Assembly: GCA_045646345.1 (NCBI GenBank)
Contig: JAZRKN010000004.1
Span: forward strand, 1-40,130
DNA length: 40,130 bases
DNA from: Candidatus Scatovivens sp.
Lineage (GTDB): Bacteria > Bacillota > Clostridia > TANB77 > CAG-508
Direction of reading: 5' to 3'
A program made the translations under genes and the position numbers. The notes under the pieces are model-generated. The model ran no database searches. It was not told the DNA's origin and saw nothing but the letters and a program-made list of their open reading frames with translations. This document shows, in pieces, positions 26,575 to 34,979 of the stretch; the first letter of the stretch is position 1; every line of letters starts with the position of its first letter.

Positions 26575-28113
26575 TTGATGAAAAAGAAAACAACAGAAAA
26601 TAATACAGAAAACGTAAAAAATGAAAGCAAAGTAAAATTTTCAGAAAAGCTAGCTTTAAAATTTAAAAGAAAATGGCTAATTACAAAGACAAAAACATTT
26701 TTAATAATAGCTATTATATTTGCTTCATATATAGCTTTAAATTTATGGGCAAGCCAAGCTAAATTACCAGTTTACGATGCAACAGAAAATAAATTATATA
26801 GTTTAACAGATGCTTCTAAAAAAGCAATCGAAAAAGTTGAACAAGAAATTATAATATATGTATACGGACATGAAGAAACTGATCCATTAATGGATTTATT
26901 AGCTCAATACAATAAAACAAATGAAAAAATAAAATATGAAATAATAACTGAAGAATCTAATCTTGAAATGGTTAAACAATACGGCCTTCAAGATGGATAT
27001 TCTATAATAATAATGCAATCAGGAGAATCTAGAAAAATTATAGATACATCAACTGATTTTGTAACATACGATTATACAACTTATCAAGCTGTAGATATGA
27101 CAGAACAAGTTTTAACAAATTCAATCTTAGGATTAATTACAGAAAATAAACCAAAAATTTATTTCACACAAGGACATGGTGAATATAATCACGAATTAAT
27201 AAATCTATTAATTTCTGAATTAGATAACGAAGCATATGAAGTTGACTTTGTAAATTTACCAACTCAAGGAAGAGTACCTGTTGATTGCGATGTACTTGCG
27301 ATTGTTTCTCCAGACTCAGATTTTTTAGAAATTGAAACTCAATATATTAAAGACTATATTAATAATGGAGGAAATATTTATTTATCAACAGATGTGCTTT
27401 CAGAAGAAGTTAAGTTTACAAATTTACAAACGGTATTAGATTTATATGGAGTTTCAATAAAAAATGGTTATGCTTTAGAGGGTAAGGCAAATAGACAATT
27501 ATCAGAAAGACCATATATATTTATGCCAGAAGTGTCTAGCACTCATAAAATAACAAAAGATATATACACAGATAGTGATACAAGCACAGCAGTTTGGCTT
27601 GTATATGCTGCAAAATTAGAATTTTTACCAGATGAAATGCTAAAATCTTTAAATGTAACCAGAGAAAATTTATTAAAAACATCTAGCGAAACTGTATTTA
27701 TAACAGATATAAAATCAAAAATAGAAGAAGCTGCAAAGACTGCAGAAGCTGGAACTGTTGAAATTGCTTCTGTTTTAACAAAAGAAGTTACTCCTGCAGA
27801 TGGAACTGGAGATACAAAATCAGAATTGATAATTGTTTCCTCTTCAAGTTTTATTTCAGATACATTAGTAACTGATTTAAACAGATCATATCCATTATCT
27901 TATGTAGGAAGTAATAGAGATTTTGTTATAAATTCTATGGCTTATCTTGGAGAAAGAGATAATATATTAACAATAAGAAAAGATTATTCAACATCAACAT
28001 ATACACCAACAATGATGCAAAATCTAATTGTTATTTTAATAATAGTTGGTGTTCCAGTATTAATAATAATAACAGGAATTATTGTTTGGACATACAGAAA
28101 AAGAAGAAAATAA
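26575..28113 (+). CDS. GldG-like ABC transporter auxiliary component
   Basis: N- and C-terminal TM helices; DATENKLYSLT, KIYFTQGHGE, YINNGG, NRDFVINS. Confidence 0.88.
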   Translation: MMKKKTTENNTENVKNESKVKFSEKLALKFKRKWLITKTKTFLIIAIIFASYIALNLWASQAKLPVYDATENKLYSLTDASKKAIEKVEQEIIIYVYGHEETDPLMDLLAQYNKTNEKIKYEIITEESNLEMVKQYGLQDGYSIIIMQSGESRKIIDTSTDFVTYDYTTYQAVDMTEQVLTNSILGLITENKPKIYFTQGHGEYNHELINLLISELDNEAYEVDFVNLPTQGRVPVDCDVLAIVSPDSDFLEIETQYIKDYINNGGNIYLSTDVLSEEVKFTNLQTVLDLYGVSIKNGYALEGKANRQLSERPYIFMPEVSSTHKITKDIYTDSDTSTAVWLVYAAKLEFLPDEMLKSLNVTRENLLKTSSETVFITDIKSKIEEAAKTAEAGTVEIASVLTKEVTPADGTGDTKSELIIVSSSSFISDTLVTDLNRSYPLSYVGSNRDFVINSMAYLGERDNILTIRKDYSTSTYTPTMMQNLIVILIIVGVPVLIIITGIIVWTYRKRRK

Positions 28114-28351
28114 TGTAATGAAAATTTAATAAATGATATATGTTTGAAAGATGATAAAAATATGTTAAAAAACGCCTAAAAATAGGCGTTTTTTATTTTT
28201 AAGAAAAAGATTTTAAAAAATGTTTTTCATTGATAGCAAAAAAGAGAAAAAAAGAGATATAAAGAGGTAAATTGAAGAGGAAAGAATATAATAAGATATA
28301 AAATTATGGAAAAAAAGCATTTAATTCTCAATTAAACGATTTTTTTCCAAA

Positions 28352-28443
28352 TTGCTTTTTGGCAAAAATCGGAGTATTATAGTCGTGTAGGAGTAGGATG
28401 TTTTTTATTTTATACAAAAAATCGGAATAAACTACTTATCTAC
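28352..28443 (+). promoter_or_regulatory. sigmaA promoter plus hairpin-forming 5' leader of the GNAT-like gene
   Basis: TTGCTT (28352-57), 17 nt, TATTAT (28375-80). GTAGGAGTAG (28387-96) pairs with CTACTT(AT)CTAC (28432-43). Confidence 0.5.
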
Positions 28444-28475
28444 TATCTTTATAAGAAGAAAAACAGGAGATTTTT

Positions 28476-29486
28476 ATGAAAAAGAAAAAGAAGGCTAAGC
28501 CCCGATCTAACTTTAATCAAGATGGGGAGGTAGCCAAGCAGAAGATTTTCAAATATTATATTAAAGAAATGGAGGAAAAAACAGAAAAGGTAAATAATCA
28601 AAATTCATTAGAAACAGATTTTCATTTATTTCAAACAATAAGAAATAAAGAATCTGTAAGAGATACTATTTTTAATCTGACTTATTTTTATGATAACAAC
28701 TTTACAGGTAACAAAGACTTTATGCATATTCCGAATATTAGTAATGTCTTAAATAATATTTTAAGTTATCCAATAATGCTTGTTACAAAAAAAGACGAGT
28801 ATGGAAAAGATGAAATATTAGGAACTACTACAGTTAAATTTGAAAACAATAAATCACTTGCAGATAATCCATATTTTCCAACAAAAGGCGAAGATGTATT
28901 ATCAATAACTGGTGTATTAACAAAATTAAATGCAGTAGATAAAAACGGAAACAAAATAAAAGGATTAGGTAGAGAACTATTTAAATCAGCAATAAAAGGT
29001 GCATATGAATTAAACAAAGATAAAAAAGTAAGATTAATTTGCGAAGTAGACTGTAGAAACACAAATAGCTTATATTCCGTATGTAAAGCTGTAAAAGAAT
29101 TACAAGAAGAAAATGTAAATCTTCAAATGTTTTTAGCAGGATACTATGAAATTAAAAACAAAGAAAAAAACTTACTTGAAGCACCAACTTTTGTATTAGA
29201 AATTGATTTAAATGGAGATAAAGAAATAAACAACAATAATTTGAATTTTGATTATCAAAATTGCAAATCTACAAATTTATTTTCAAGTTTAAGTAATGTT
29301 ATTTCAAAAAATACAAATGAAAACAAAAAGTTTGTAAATATAGTAGGTGACAAGAAAGTTACGTTCCATAGCATAGAACCAATAAATGCATTAAATATCA
29401 AATTAGAAGTAGGAACTACTGCTGATGGTAATAATAGAGAGCCAGTATTAAGCTTACAATTAGAAAATGCAAATAAAACTTTTTAA
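28476..29486 (+). CDS. Hypothetical protein with a probable GNAT-like acyltransferase fold
   Basis: AGGAG RBS. SITGVLT...KGLGRELFKSAI resembles the acetyl-CoA-binding motif A; LICEVDCRNTNSL resembles motif B. Confidence 0.6.
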   Translation: MKKKKKAKPRSNFNQDGEVAKQKIFKYYIKEMEEKTEKVNNQNSLETDFHLFQTIRNKESVRDTIFNLTYFYDNNFTGNKDFMHIPNISNVLNNILSYPIMLVTKKDEYGKDEILGTTTVKFENNKSLADNPYFPTKGEDVLSITGVLTKLNAVDKNGNKIKGLGRELFKSAIKGAYELNKDKKVRLICEVDCRNTNSLYSVCKAVKELQEENVNLQMFLAGYYEIKNKEKNLLEAPTFVLEIDLNGDKEINNNNLNFDYQNCKSTNLFSSLSNVISKNTNENKKFVNIVGDKKVTFHSIEPINALNIKLEVGTTADGNNREPVLSLQLENANKTF

Positions 29487-29520
29487 AATAGTATTATAAA
29501 TTGTAGAAGAGGAATTTACC

Positions 29521-31272
29521 ATGAAACAAGAAAAATTTAATATTAGTATAAGAAGAGAAGTTTTAAGACTAAATCAAAAAGCTGAACAAAAAGCTTTTTC
29601 TTATCCTAAAGCTTTCGGTAATAAAGAGAAAAATAACTTAATAAAATCTGCTAGAGAAGAATCAGAAAATATTTTAGAAATAATAACTCCAGCAGAAACA
29701 AATATTTTAGAAGTATATAATAAATTAGAAGAAATAACTAATGTTGTATATGTAGAACTTTATAATTTAAAAGAACTAATTTGGCCATTTTCAAGTTATG
29801 AAAATTTAAGTTTATCAAACAATATAGAATTGTCTATTGATAAAGAATTTTATGAAGAAATAAAAACTGTAAATCCAAATTTACCAAATAAACTTGAAGA
29901 GGCATACAAAATATTAAAACCAGAATTTAATTCAAAAATTAAACTTTTTGAAAAAGTTTTTGGTAGCTGTACATTGAAAGTTAATAAAAATAATATCGTA
30001 ATATCTAACATTAAGCCAAATTATAAAAATAGAAATACTATTTCACTAAATCAAATCTATTTTCTAGTAACATTAGTGTTTAGTTCTTTAGAAAAAACAG
30101 AATTAAATACAGTTTCAGAAATAAGTAAACACATGCAAAAAATTGGAAAACAATATTCTTTAAAATCAGTAGATTCTATTAAAAATATTGTATCTGAATT
30201 AAAATCAAAAGATTCAGAAGAAACAAAATCTTTTGAAGAAAAAGTAGAAATTGCAAAAAAATATATGAAAGAAGGATTCGATACAAGATATTGCCTTCAA
30301 AAATATCAAAAATTAGTAGCGGAATCAGTTGTATTAATTAAAGATGCAATTTCACAAGGAATAAACTATAGAGTTTTAAATGAATCAAAAAGTGTTGTAG
30401 AATTAGAATATAATGGACATAGAGAATTTGCTATAGAAGGAAATAAAACAAATAGAGATAATTATATTTTTCCAATTATAACAGATGACAAATTCACTTC
30501 AAAACAAATAATGCATGAAGCTGGATTAAATGTTCCAAAAGCAATTTTACTAGATACTGATATGGATAAAGATGACATAGAGTCTCTTGTTAGTCCATTC
30601 TATAATAAAACTTTAGTTGTAAAACCAAGAAATACAAATTATGGAACTGGTATAACGGTATTTTCTAAAAAAGCTAATAAAACACAAATATTAAATGCTA
30701 TTGAATATGCATTCCAATTTGATAACAACATTCTTATTGAAGAATATGTAAAAGGTATGGAATATAGATTCTTAGTTATTGATGGAAAATGTTTAAGTAT
30801 AGCACATAGAAGAATTGCAAGTGTAGTTGGTGATGGAAAATCTACTATTAAAGAATTAATAATAGAGAAAAACAAAGAACCATGGCATTTCCTAACAGGA
30901 ACTCCAGTAAAAATGGATCAACCTGTTGTAGAATATTTAAAATTACAAGATTATACTTTTGATAGTGTAATTCCAGCAGGAAAAAGAGTATTTTTAAGAA
31001 CAAATTCAAATTGTTCAACAGGTGGAGAGAGTATAGATATGACTCCTATAATGCCAAATAAATTTAAAAGAATTGCTGAAAAAGCAGCAAAAGCTTTTGA
31101 TGCAAAAATTTGTGGTGTAGATATTATTATTAACGATTTAGAAAAAGATGACTATTCTATAATAGAAATCAATGATAATCCGGGTTATTCAATAAATGAA
31201 TGGCCATATGAAGGAAAAGGCGAAAAAATAGGTATAGCTGTATTAAATCTTTTAGGTTTAGTTCAAGAATAA
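29521..31272 (+). CDS. GshF/GshAB-like ATP-grasp ligase with an eroded glutamate-cysteine ligase domain
   Basis: Intact ATP-grasp domain: DDKFTSK, VVKPRNTNYGTGI, EYRFLV, NSNCSTGGESID, CGVDII, IIEINDNPG. The N-terminus keeps only LEIITP...ELIWP.S. Confidence 0.8.
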   Translation: MKQEKFNISIRREVLRLNQKAEQKAFSYPKAFGNKEKNNLIKSAREESENILEIITPAETNILEVYNKLEEITNVVYVELYNLKELIWPFSSYENLSLSNNIELSIDKEFYEEIKTVNPNLPNKLEEAYKILKPEFNSKIKLFEKVFGSCTLKVNKNNIVISNIKPNYKNRNTISLNQIYFLVTLVFSSLEKTELNTVSEISKHMQKIGKQYSLKSVDSIKNIVSELKSKDSEETKSFEEKVEIAKKYMKEGFDTRYCLQKYQKLVAESVVLIKDAISQGINYRVLNESKSVVELEYNGHREFAIEGNKTNRDNYIFPIITDDKFTSKQIMHEAGLNVPKAILLDTDMDKDDIESLVSPFYNKTLVVKPRNTNYGTGITVFSKKANKTQILNAIEYAFQFDNNILIEEYVKGMEYRFLVIDGKCLSIAHRRIASVVGDGKSTIKELIIEKNKEPWHFLTGTPVKMDQPVVEYLKLQDYTFDSVIPAGKRVFLRTNSNCSTGGESIDMTPIMPNKFKRIAEKAAKAFDAKICGVDIIINDLEKDDYSIIEINDNPGYSINEWPYEGKGEKIGIAVLNLLGLVQE

Positions 31273-31326
31273 TTGAATATGTAATAAATTTTAGGGCGGT
31301 AGATTTTCTACCGCTTTTTTATTTCT

Positions 31327-31354
31327 CACAAAACATTTTTTTATGCATAATATA
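31327..31354 (+). promoter_or_regulatory. Putative sigmaK-type sporulation promoter
   Basis: AC (31328-29), 16 nt, CATA-ATA-TA (31346-54), upstream of the SpoVFB homologue. Short motif in AT-rich DNA. Confidence 0.4.
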
Positions 31355-31386
31355 ATATAAAGTTACATAAAAGATTGGGAGAAGGT

Positions 31387-31962
31387 ATGATTTTGGAAAA
31401 CAAAAATATAGGAATTGTGTTTATAGGAAATTTTTATATTAAAGACAATTTATTGATTGAATTAAATAAAATGTCTCAAAAAAGTCATATTAATATAACA
31501 CCAATTTTTGAAAAAGAGAGTAATAAAGAAAAACAAAGTGATATTTGCAAAAGGAATTCTATATTCAAAAATAAAGCTATTTTTTATTTGAATAATGAAA
31601 TTGATAATATCTCTATAAAACGATTTGATATTTTGATTTTCGTCGGTTTTACAATAGAATTATTATATAAGTTAAACTATAAAATTTTTGATAACTCTAT
31701 TGTAAAATTAATAAAAATGTATGAAAAAGAAAATATTCCGATTATATTAGGATTAAAAACTAATATAGACATTTTTATTGTTTTCGAACAAATAAAAAAA
31801 CTTTATAATAAAAGTAAATATTATTTTATACCTATGATATTTCCAAATCCTATTACCAAACCAGAATTAATTATATTTGATCCTTCTATGATTTCAAAGA
31901 CAACAGAACATGCTTTAAATAAAATTCAAATAAATCCAATCATTAGTTGTAACTATATATAA
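31387..31962 (+). CDS. Divergent dipicolinate synthase subunit B (SpoVFB)-like flavoprotein-fold protein
   Basis: LENKNIGIVFIG and YYFIPMIFPNPITKP...TTEHALNKIQINPII match the SpoVFB termini; the central motifs are degenerate. Confidence 0.65.
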   Translation: MILENKNIGIVFIGNFYIKDNLLIELNKMSQKSHINITPIFEKESNKEKQSDICKRNSIFKNKAIFYLNNEIDNISIKRFDILIFVGFTIELLYKLNYKIFDNSIVKLIKMYEKENIPIILGLKTNIDIFIVFEQIKKLYNKSKYYFIPMIFPNPITKPELIIFDPSMISKTTEHALNKIQINPIISCNYI

Positions 31963-31972
31963 GTTAACATAA

Positions 31973-32001
31973 TTGACTAAAATAAGAAAATATGTTATAA
32001 T
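31973..32001 (+). promoter_or_regulatory. sigmaA promoter (extended -10) for 32047..32631
   Basis: TTGACT (31973-78), 17-nt spacer containing TG, TATAAT (31996-32001). Confidence 0.75.
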
Positions 32002-32046
32002 AAAAAGGTAAGCTTTTCACTATATGCGAAAAAAAGAGAGGTATTT

Positions 32047-32631
32047 ATGAGCAAAGAAATGGATTACATCATCGAAGAAGAAATCGAAGAGACTGAAGAC
32101 GGCGAAGAGATGAGTAACGAAGTCATCAAAGGCTCAAGTGCAAAAAAGGAGGGAGTTAAGCGGATTTCGGAAGTATTGCAGTTCCTTAGTAAGGAACTAG
32201 GCTGTAACTTCCCGAAGAAGTTTGCAGAAATGCTCTATGAGGAGTCTAACTCCAAGGAGTCTTTTATCCTGACCAAAGATCATGCCAGAGGAATTATCGA
32301 CGACTGGCGTGTATGGGAAGAGTATGTGAATCCTGCGGATATGGATAAATATATCCGTCACAAATTGGAGGTATTCTGCAAGATTCACTGCGGAGTAACC
32401 TATGGATTTAACCGTGGTGAGGCAACTGCAAAATCCTATATCGGGACGTTTGCCGAAGTAATCAAACAGATTCCGGAAAACATGTACGTAATTATCCATT
32501 CTACCGGAATGATTTCCGTAGATGGAAAAATGCAAGAGGTTGACGAAAATGATCCTCGTGCAAGACACACAAGCCTGAGAAAAAAGAAAAAAGGCAACTC
32601 CGGGTATGGAGCGGTGATTCATCACTATTAA
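32047..32631 (+). CDS. Hypothetical protein, GC-richer solo gene (acidic N-terminus, basic C-terminus)
   Basis: GAGAGG RBS, own promoter and terminator. Two hand-counted 60-mers gave 27/60 and 30/60 G+C, against 10/60 in the upstream gene. Confidence 0.8.
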   Translation: MSKEMDYIIEEEIEETEDGEEMSNEVIKGSSAKKEGVKRISEVLQFLSKELGCNFPKKFAEMLYEESNSKESFILTKDHARGIIDDWRVWEEYVNPADMDKYIRHKLEVFCKIHCGVTYGFNRGEATAKSYIGTFAEVIKQIPENMYVIIHSTGMISVDGKMQEVDENDPRARHTSLRKKKKGNSGYGAVIHHY

Positions 32632-32666
32632 GAACTATACCCAATTTGTACAAATCAATATCTTTC

Positions 32667-32698
32667 AAAAGACGGCCCCACAATACGGGCCGTCTTTT
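32667..32698 (+). terminator. Rho-independent terminator
   Basis: AAAAGACGGCCC-cacaatac-GGGCCGTCTTTT. Confidence 0.88.
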
Positions 32699-32773
32699 CA
32701 TATTTATAAAAAATTAAAATATTTGAATAATTTATATTTTATGGTATAATAGTTAAGAATTTTTTGAGGAGAT

Positions 32774-33502
32774 ATGAAAATGTTTGTAGAACACGAATTT
32801 ACTATTGGATTAAGTGATATAAATCAACTAAATGAATTATCTAATACTTTTTTACTAAGATATTTAGAAGACTTAGCTTGTTACCATTCTGAAATGGTTG
32901 GTTATGGTATAACAGATATGAGAAAAACTAGAAGATCATGGGTTTTGTTATCTTGGAAAGTTGAAACTAAAAAAAGACCGCTTGTAAATGATACTCTAAA
33001 GATAAAAACATGGTCTAGAGCAATTGATAAATTTTATGCATTTCGTGATTTTGAAGTAAGAAATCAATATGATGAAGTTGTAGTTATTGCGAGTTCAAAA
33101 TGGCTATTTATAGATATAGACAAAGAAAAACTTGTTAAAGTAACTGATGATGTAATTGAGGCATATAGACAAGAAAATGTCAGTGTATTTAATGAATATG
33201 ATTTGCCAAAACTTACAGAACCAGAAAATTACATTTCAAGTATAGATTTTAAAATCACTAGAAATATGATTGATATAAATAAACATCTTCATAATATATA
33301 TTATTTAGATATAGTAAAAGAAGCTTTACCAGAAGAAATTGCATTTTCAAATGAATTAAATCAATTTGATGTTATGTATAAAAAAGAAATAAAATTAGGA
33401 GACATTGTTAAAGCGTTTTATACAAAACAAGATGATTATCATTATGTTGTAATTAAAAATCAAGATGAATCAATATTACATTCAATTATAAGATTAAAAT
33501 AA
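32774..33502 (+). CDS. Acyl-ACP thioesterase (FatA/FatB-like double hot-dog fold)
   Basis: SWVLLSW, IKTWSR, SSKWLFID, IDINKHLHNIYY, YKKEIKLGD. Confidence 0.9.
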   Translation: MKMFVEHEFTIGLSDINQLNELSNTFLLRYLEDLACYHSEMVGYGITDMRKTRRSWVLLSWKVETKKRPLVNDTLKIKTWSRAIDKFYAFRDFEVRNQYDEVVVIASSKWLFIDIDKEKLVKVTDDVIEAYRQENVSVFNEYDLPKLTEPENYISSIDFKITRNMIDINKHLHNIYYLDIVKEALPEEIAFSNELNQFDVMYKKEIKLGDIVKAFYTKQDDYHYVVIKNQDESILHSIIRLK

Positions 33503-33515
33503 TGAAGGAATAGAA

Positions 33516-34187
33516 ATGAAAATAGATAAACTAAAGAATTTTATAAAAAAAAACTATAAAGTAATAATTGTTTTTATATGCTTAATATTAACACTAGAAA
33601 TAGTATATGATTTATTTGCAAAAGAAGTTATGCTAAAAGATGTATTAGGGTATAAGTTTATTTCTAAATATCTAATTAATGATACTACTCTACCTATAGC
33701 TAAATTTATAACTAATTTAGGAGGAGTATGGTGGCTAATAACATTAATAATAATATCTTTGATAACATGCATAATATTAAAAAGAAAACTAATTGGATTA
33801 TTTATTGTTTTGAACATAATGATTTCAAGTGGATTAAATCAGTTATTAAAACACATAGTTCAAAGACCAAGGCCTACAGAATATAGATTAATAGATGAAT
33901 CTGGTTATAGTTTTCCATCAGGACATTCTATGGTTAGTGCAGCAGTTTATGGATTATTTATATATTTAATATTTAAAAATGTAAAAAATAAATATATTAA
34001 ATGTCTTTCTATAGTAGCATTAAGTATCCTGATAATTTTAATAGGAGGAAGCAGAATCTATCTTGGAGTTCATTATACGAGTGATGTTTTGGCTGGATTT
34101 TTGATTTCTATATCTTATTTAGTTATATATACAAGTATAATAAATGATTATTTACCAAACAAAAGTACTAAAGAACAAGACAACTAA
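33516..34187 (+). CDS. PAP2-family membrane phosphatase
   Basis: KHIVQRPRP, SFPSGHS, SRIYLGVHYTSDVLAG. Confidence 0.95.
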   Translation: MKIDKLKNFIKKNYKVIIVFICLILTLEIVYDLFAKEVMLKDVLGYKFISKYLINDTTLPIAKFITNLGGVWWLITLIIISLITCIILKRKLIGLFIVLNIMISSGLNQLLKHIVQRPRPTEYRLIDESGYSFPSGHSMVSAAVYGLFIYLIFKNVKNKYIKCLSIVALSILIILIGGSRIYLGVHYTSDVLAGFLISISYLVIYTSIINDYLPNKSTKEQDN

Positions 34188-34200
34188 AAAAGGAGTAATA

Positions 34201-34938
34201 ATGAAATTAATTGGCGTAATGGGAAATAGTGGCTCAGGAAAAACAACATTTACAGATTACTTGGCTAGTAAAAAAACAGTTGGAGTTATTCATGTAGATG
34301 AATTAGTAGGACAGATGAAGAGGAAATATTTTAGACCATTTCTTCAACCTGAGAAGAATAACACAACAGAAAGTACCAAGAAAAATCCAAAATTGAATAT
34401 TAATATAAAAGAATTTTTTTACAAAAATAAATTTACATTTAAATTTCTTATGTTTGTTAGAAGCAAACTCATAGAAGGTGAATTAAATAAAAAAATTCAT
34501 GAATTAAAATTAGATGGAAAAAGAGTAATTTTGATAGATGATTGGGCTTTGCCAACTCATAAAAATTTAATTCCAAAATTAAATCAAATTTATTTTTTAA
34601 AAAGAGGAATAGCAACAAGAAGAGATGCATTAAGAGAAAGAGATGAGCTAACTAAACATGAATTAAGAGTATACGATATTCCTTATGCTACTAAATGCAT
34701 AGATGCACCAAAAAATGCCAAAGTATCTGTTATATATAACAATGGATCATTTGAGGAATTATTCCAAAAGGCAGAAGAGGAATATGAAAGAATTGGCGAA
34801 CTATCATTTGATGAGAGATACTCTATAAAAGGTAAAGCTAATGTAAGAGTTGCTGCAGAAAAATTAAGAAAAGCAGCTGAACTTAATAAACAAAATAGAA
34901 TAAATACAGGAAAAGAAAATAGACAAATAGAAGAATAA
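34201..34938 (+). CDS. P-loop kinase (dephospho-CoA-kinase-like fold), function uncertain
   Basis: MKLIGVMGNSGSGKTT, IHVDE, IYNNGSFEEL. Start at ATG 34201 after AAGGAG. Confidence 0.7.
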   Translation: MKLIGVMGNSGSGKTTFTDYLASKKTVGVIHVDELVGQMKRKYFRPFLQPEKNNTTESTKKNPKLNINIKEFFYKNKFTFKFLMFVRSKLIEGELNKKIHELKLDGKRVILIDDWALPTHKNLIPKLNQIYFLKRGIATRRDALRERDELTKHELRVYDIPYATKCIDAPKNAKVSVIYNNGSFEELFQKAEEEYERIGELSFDERYSIKGKANVRVAAEKLRKAAELNKQNRINTGKENRQIEE

Positions 34939-34943
34939 AAAAC

Positions 34944-34974
34944 AAACTCCCTTAAAATAAATAAGGGAGTTTTT
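34944..34974. terminator. Bidirectional terminator
   Basis: AAACTCCCTTA-aaataaa-TAAGGGAGTTT between convergent genes. Confidence 0.8.
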
Positions 34975-34979
34975 GTATT

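Noticed and set aside
28200-28330. Purine-rich stretch as a repeat array or ncRNA
   Set aside because: It is low-complexity A/G sequence with no periodic repeat or stable structure visible.
32197-32701. Antisense ORFs 32197..32625 and 32501..32701
   Set aside because: They are shadows of the GC-richer plus-strand gene, which has the promoter, RBS and terminator.
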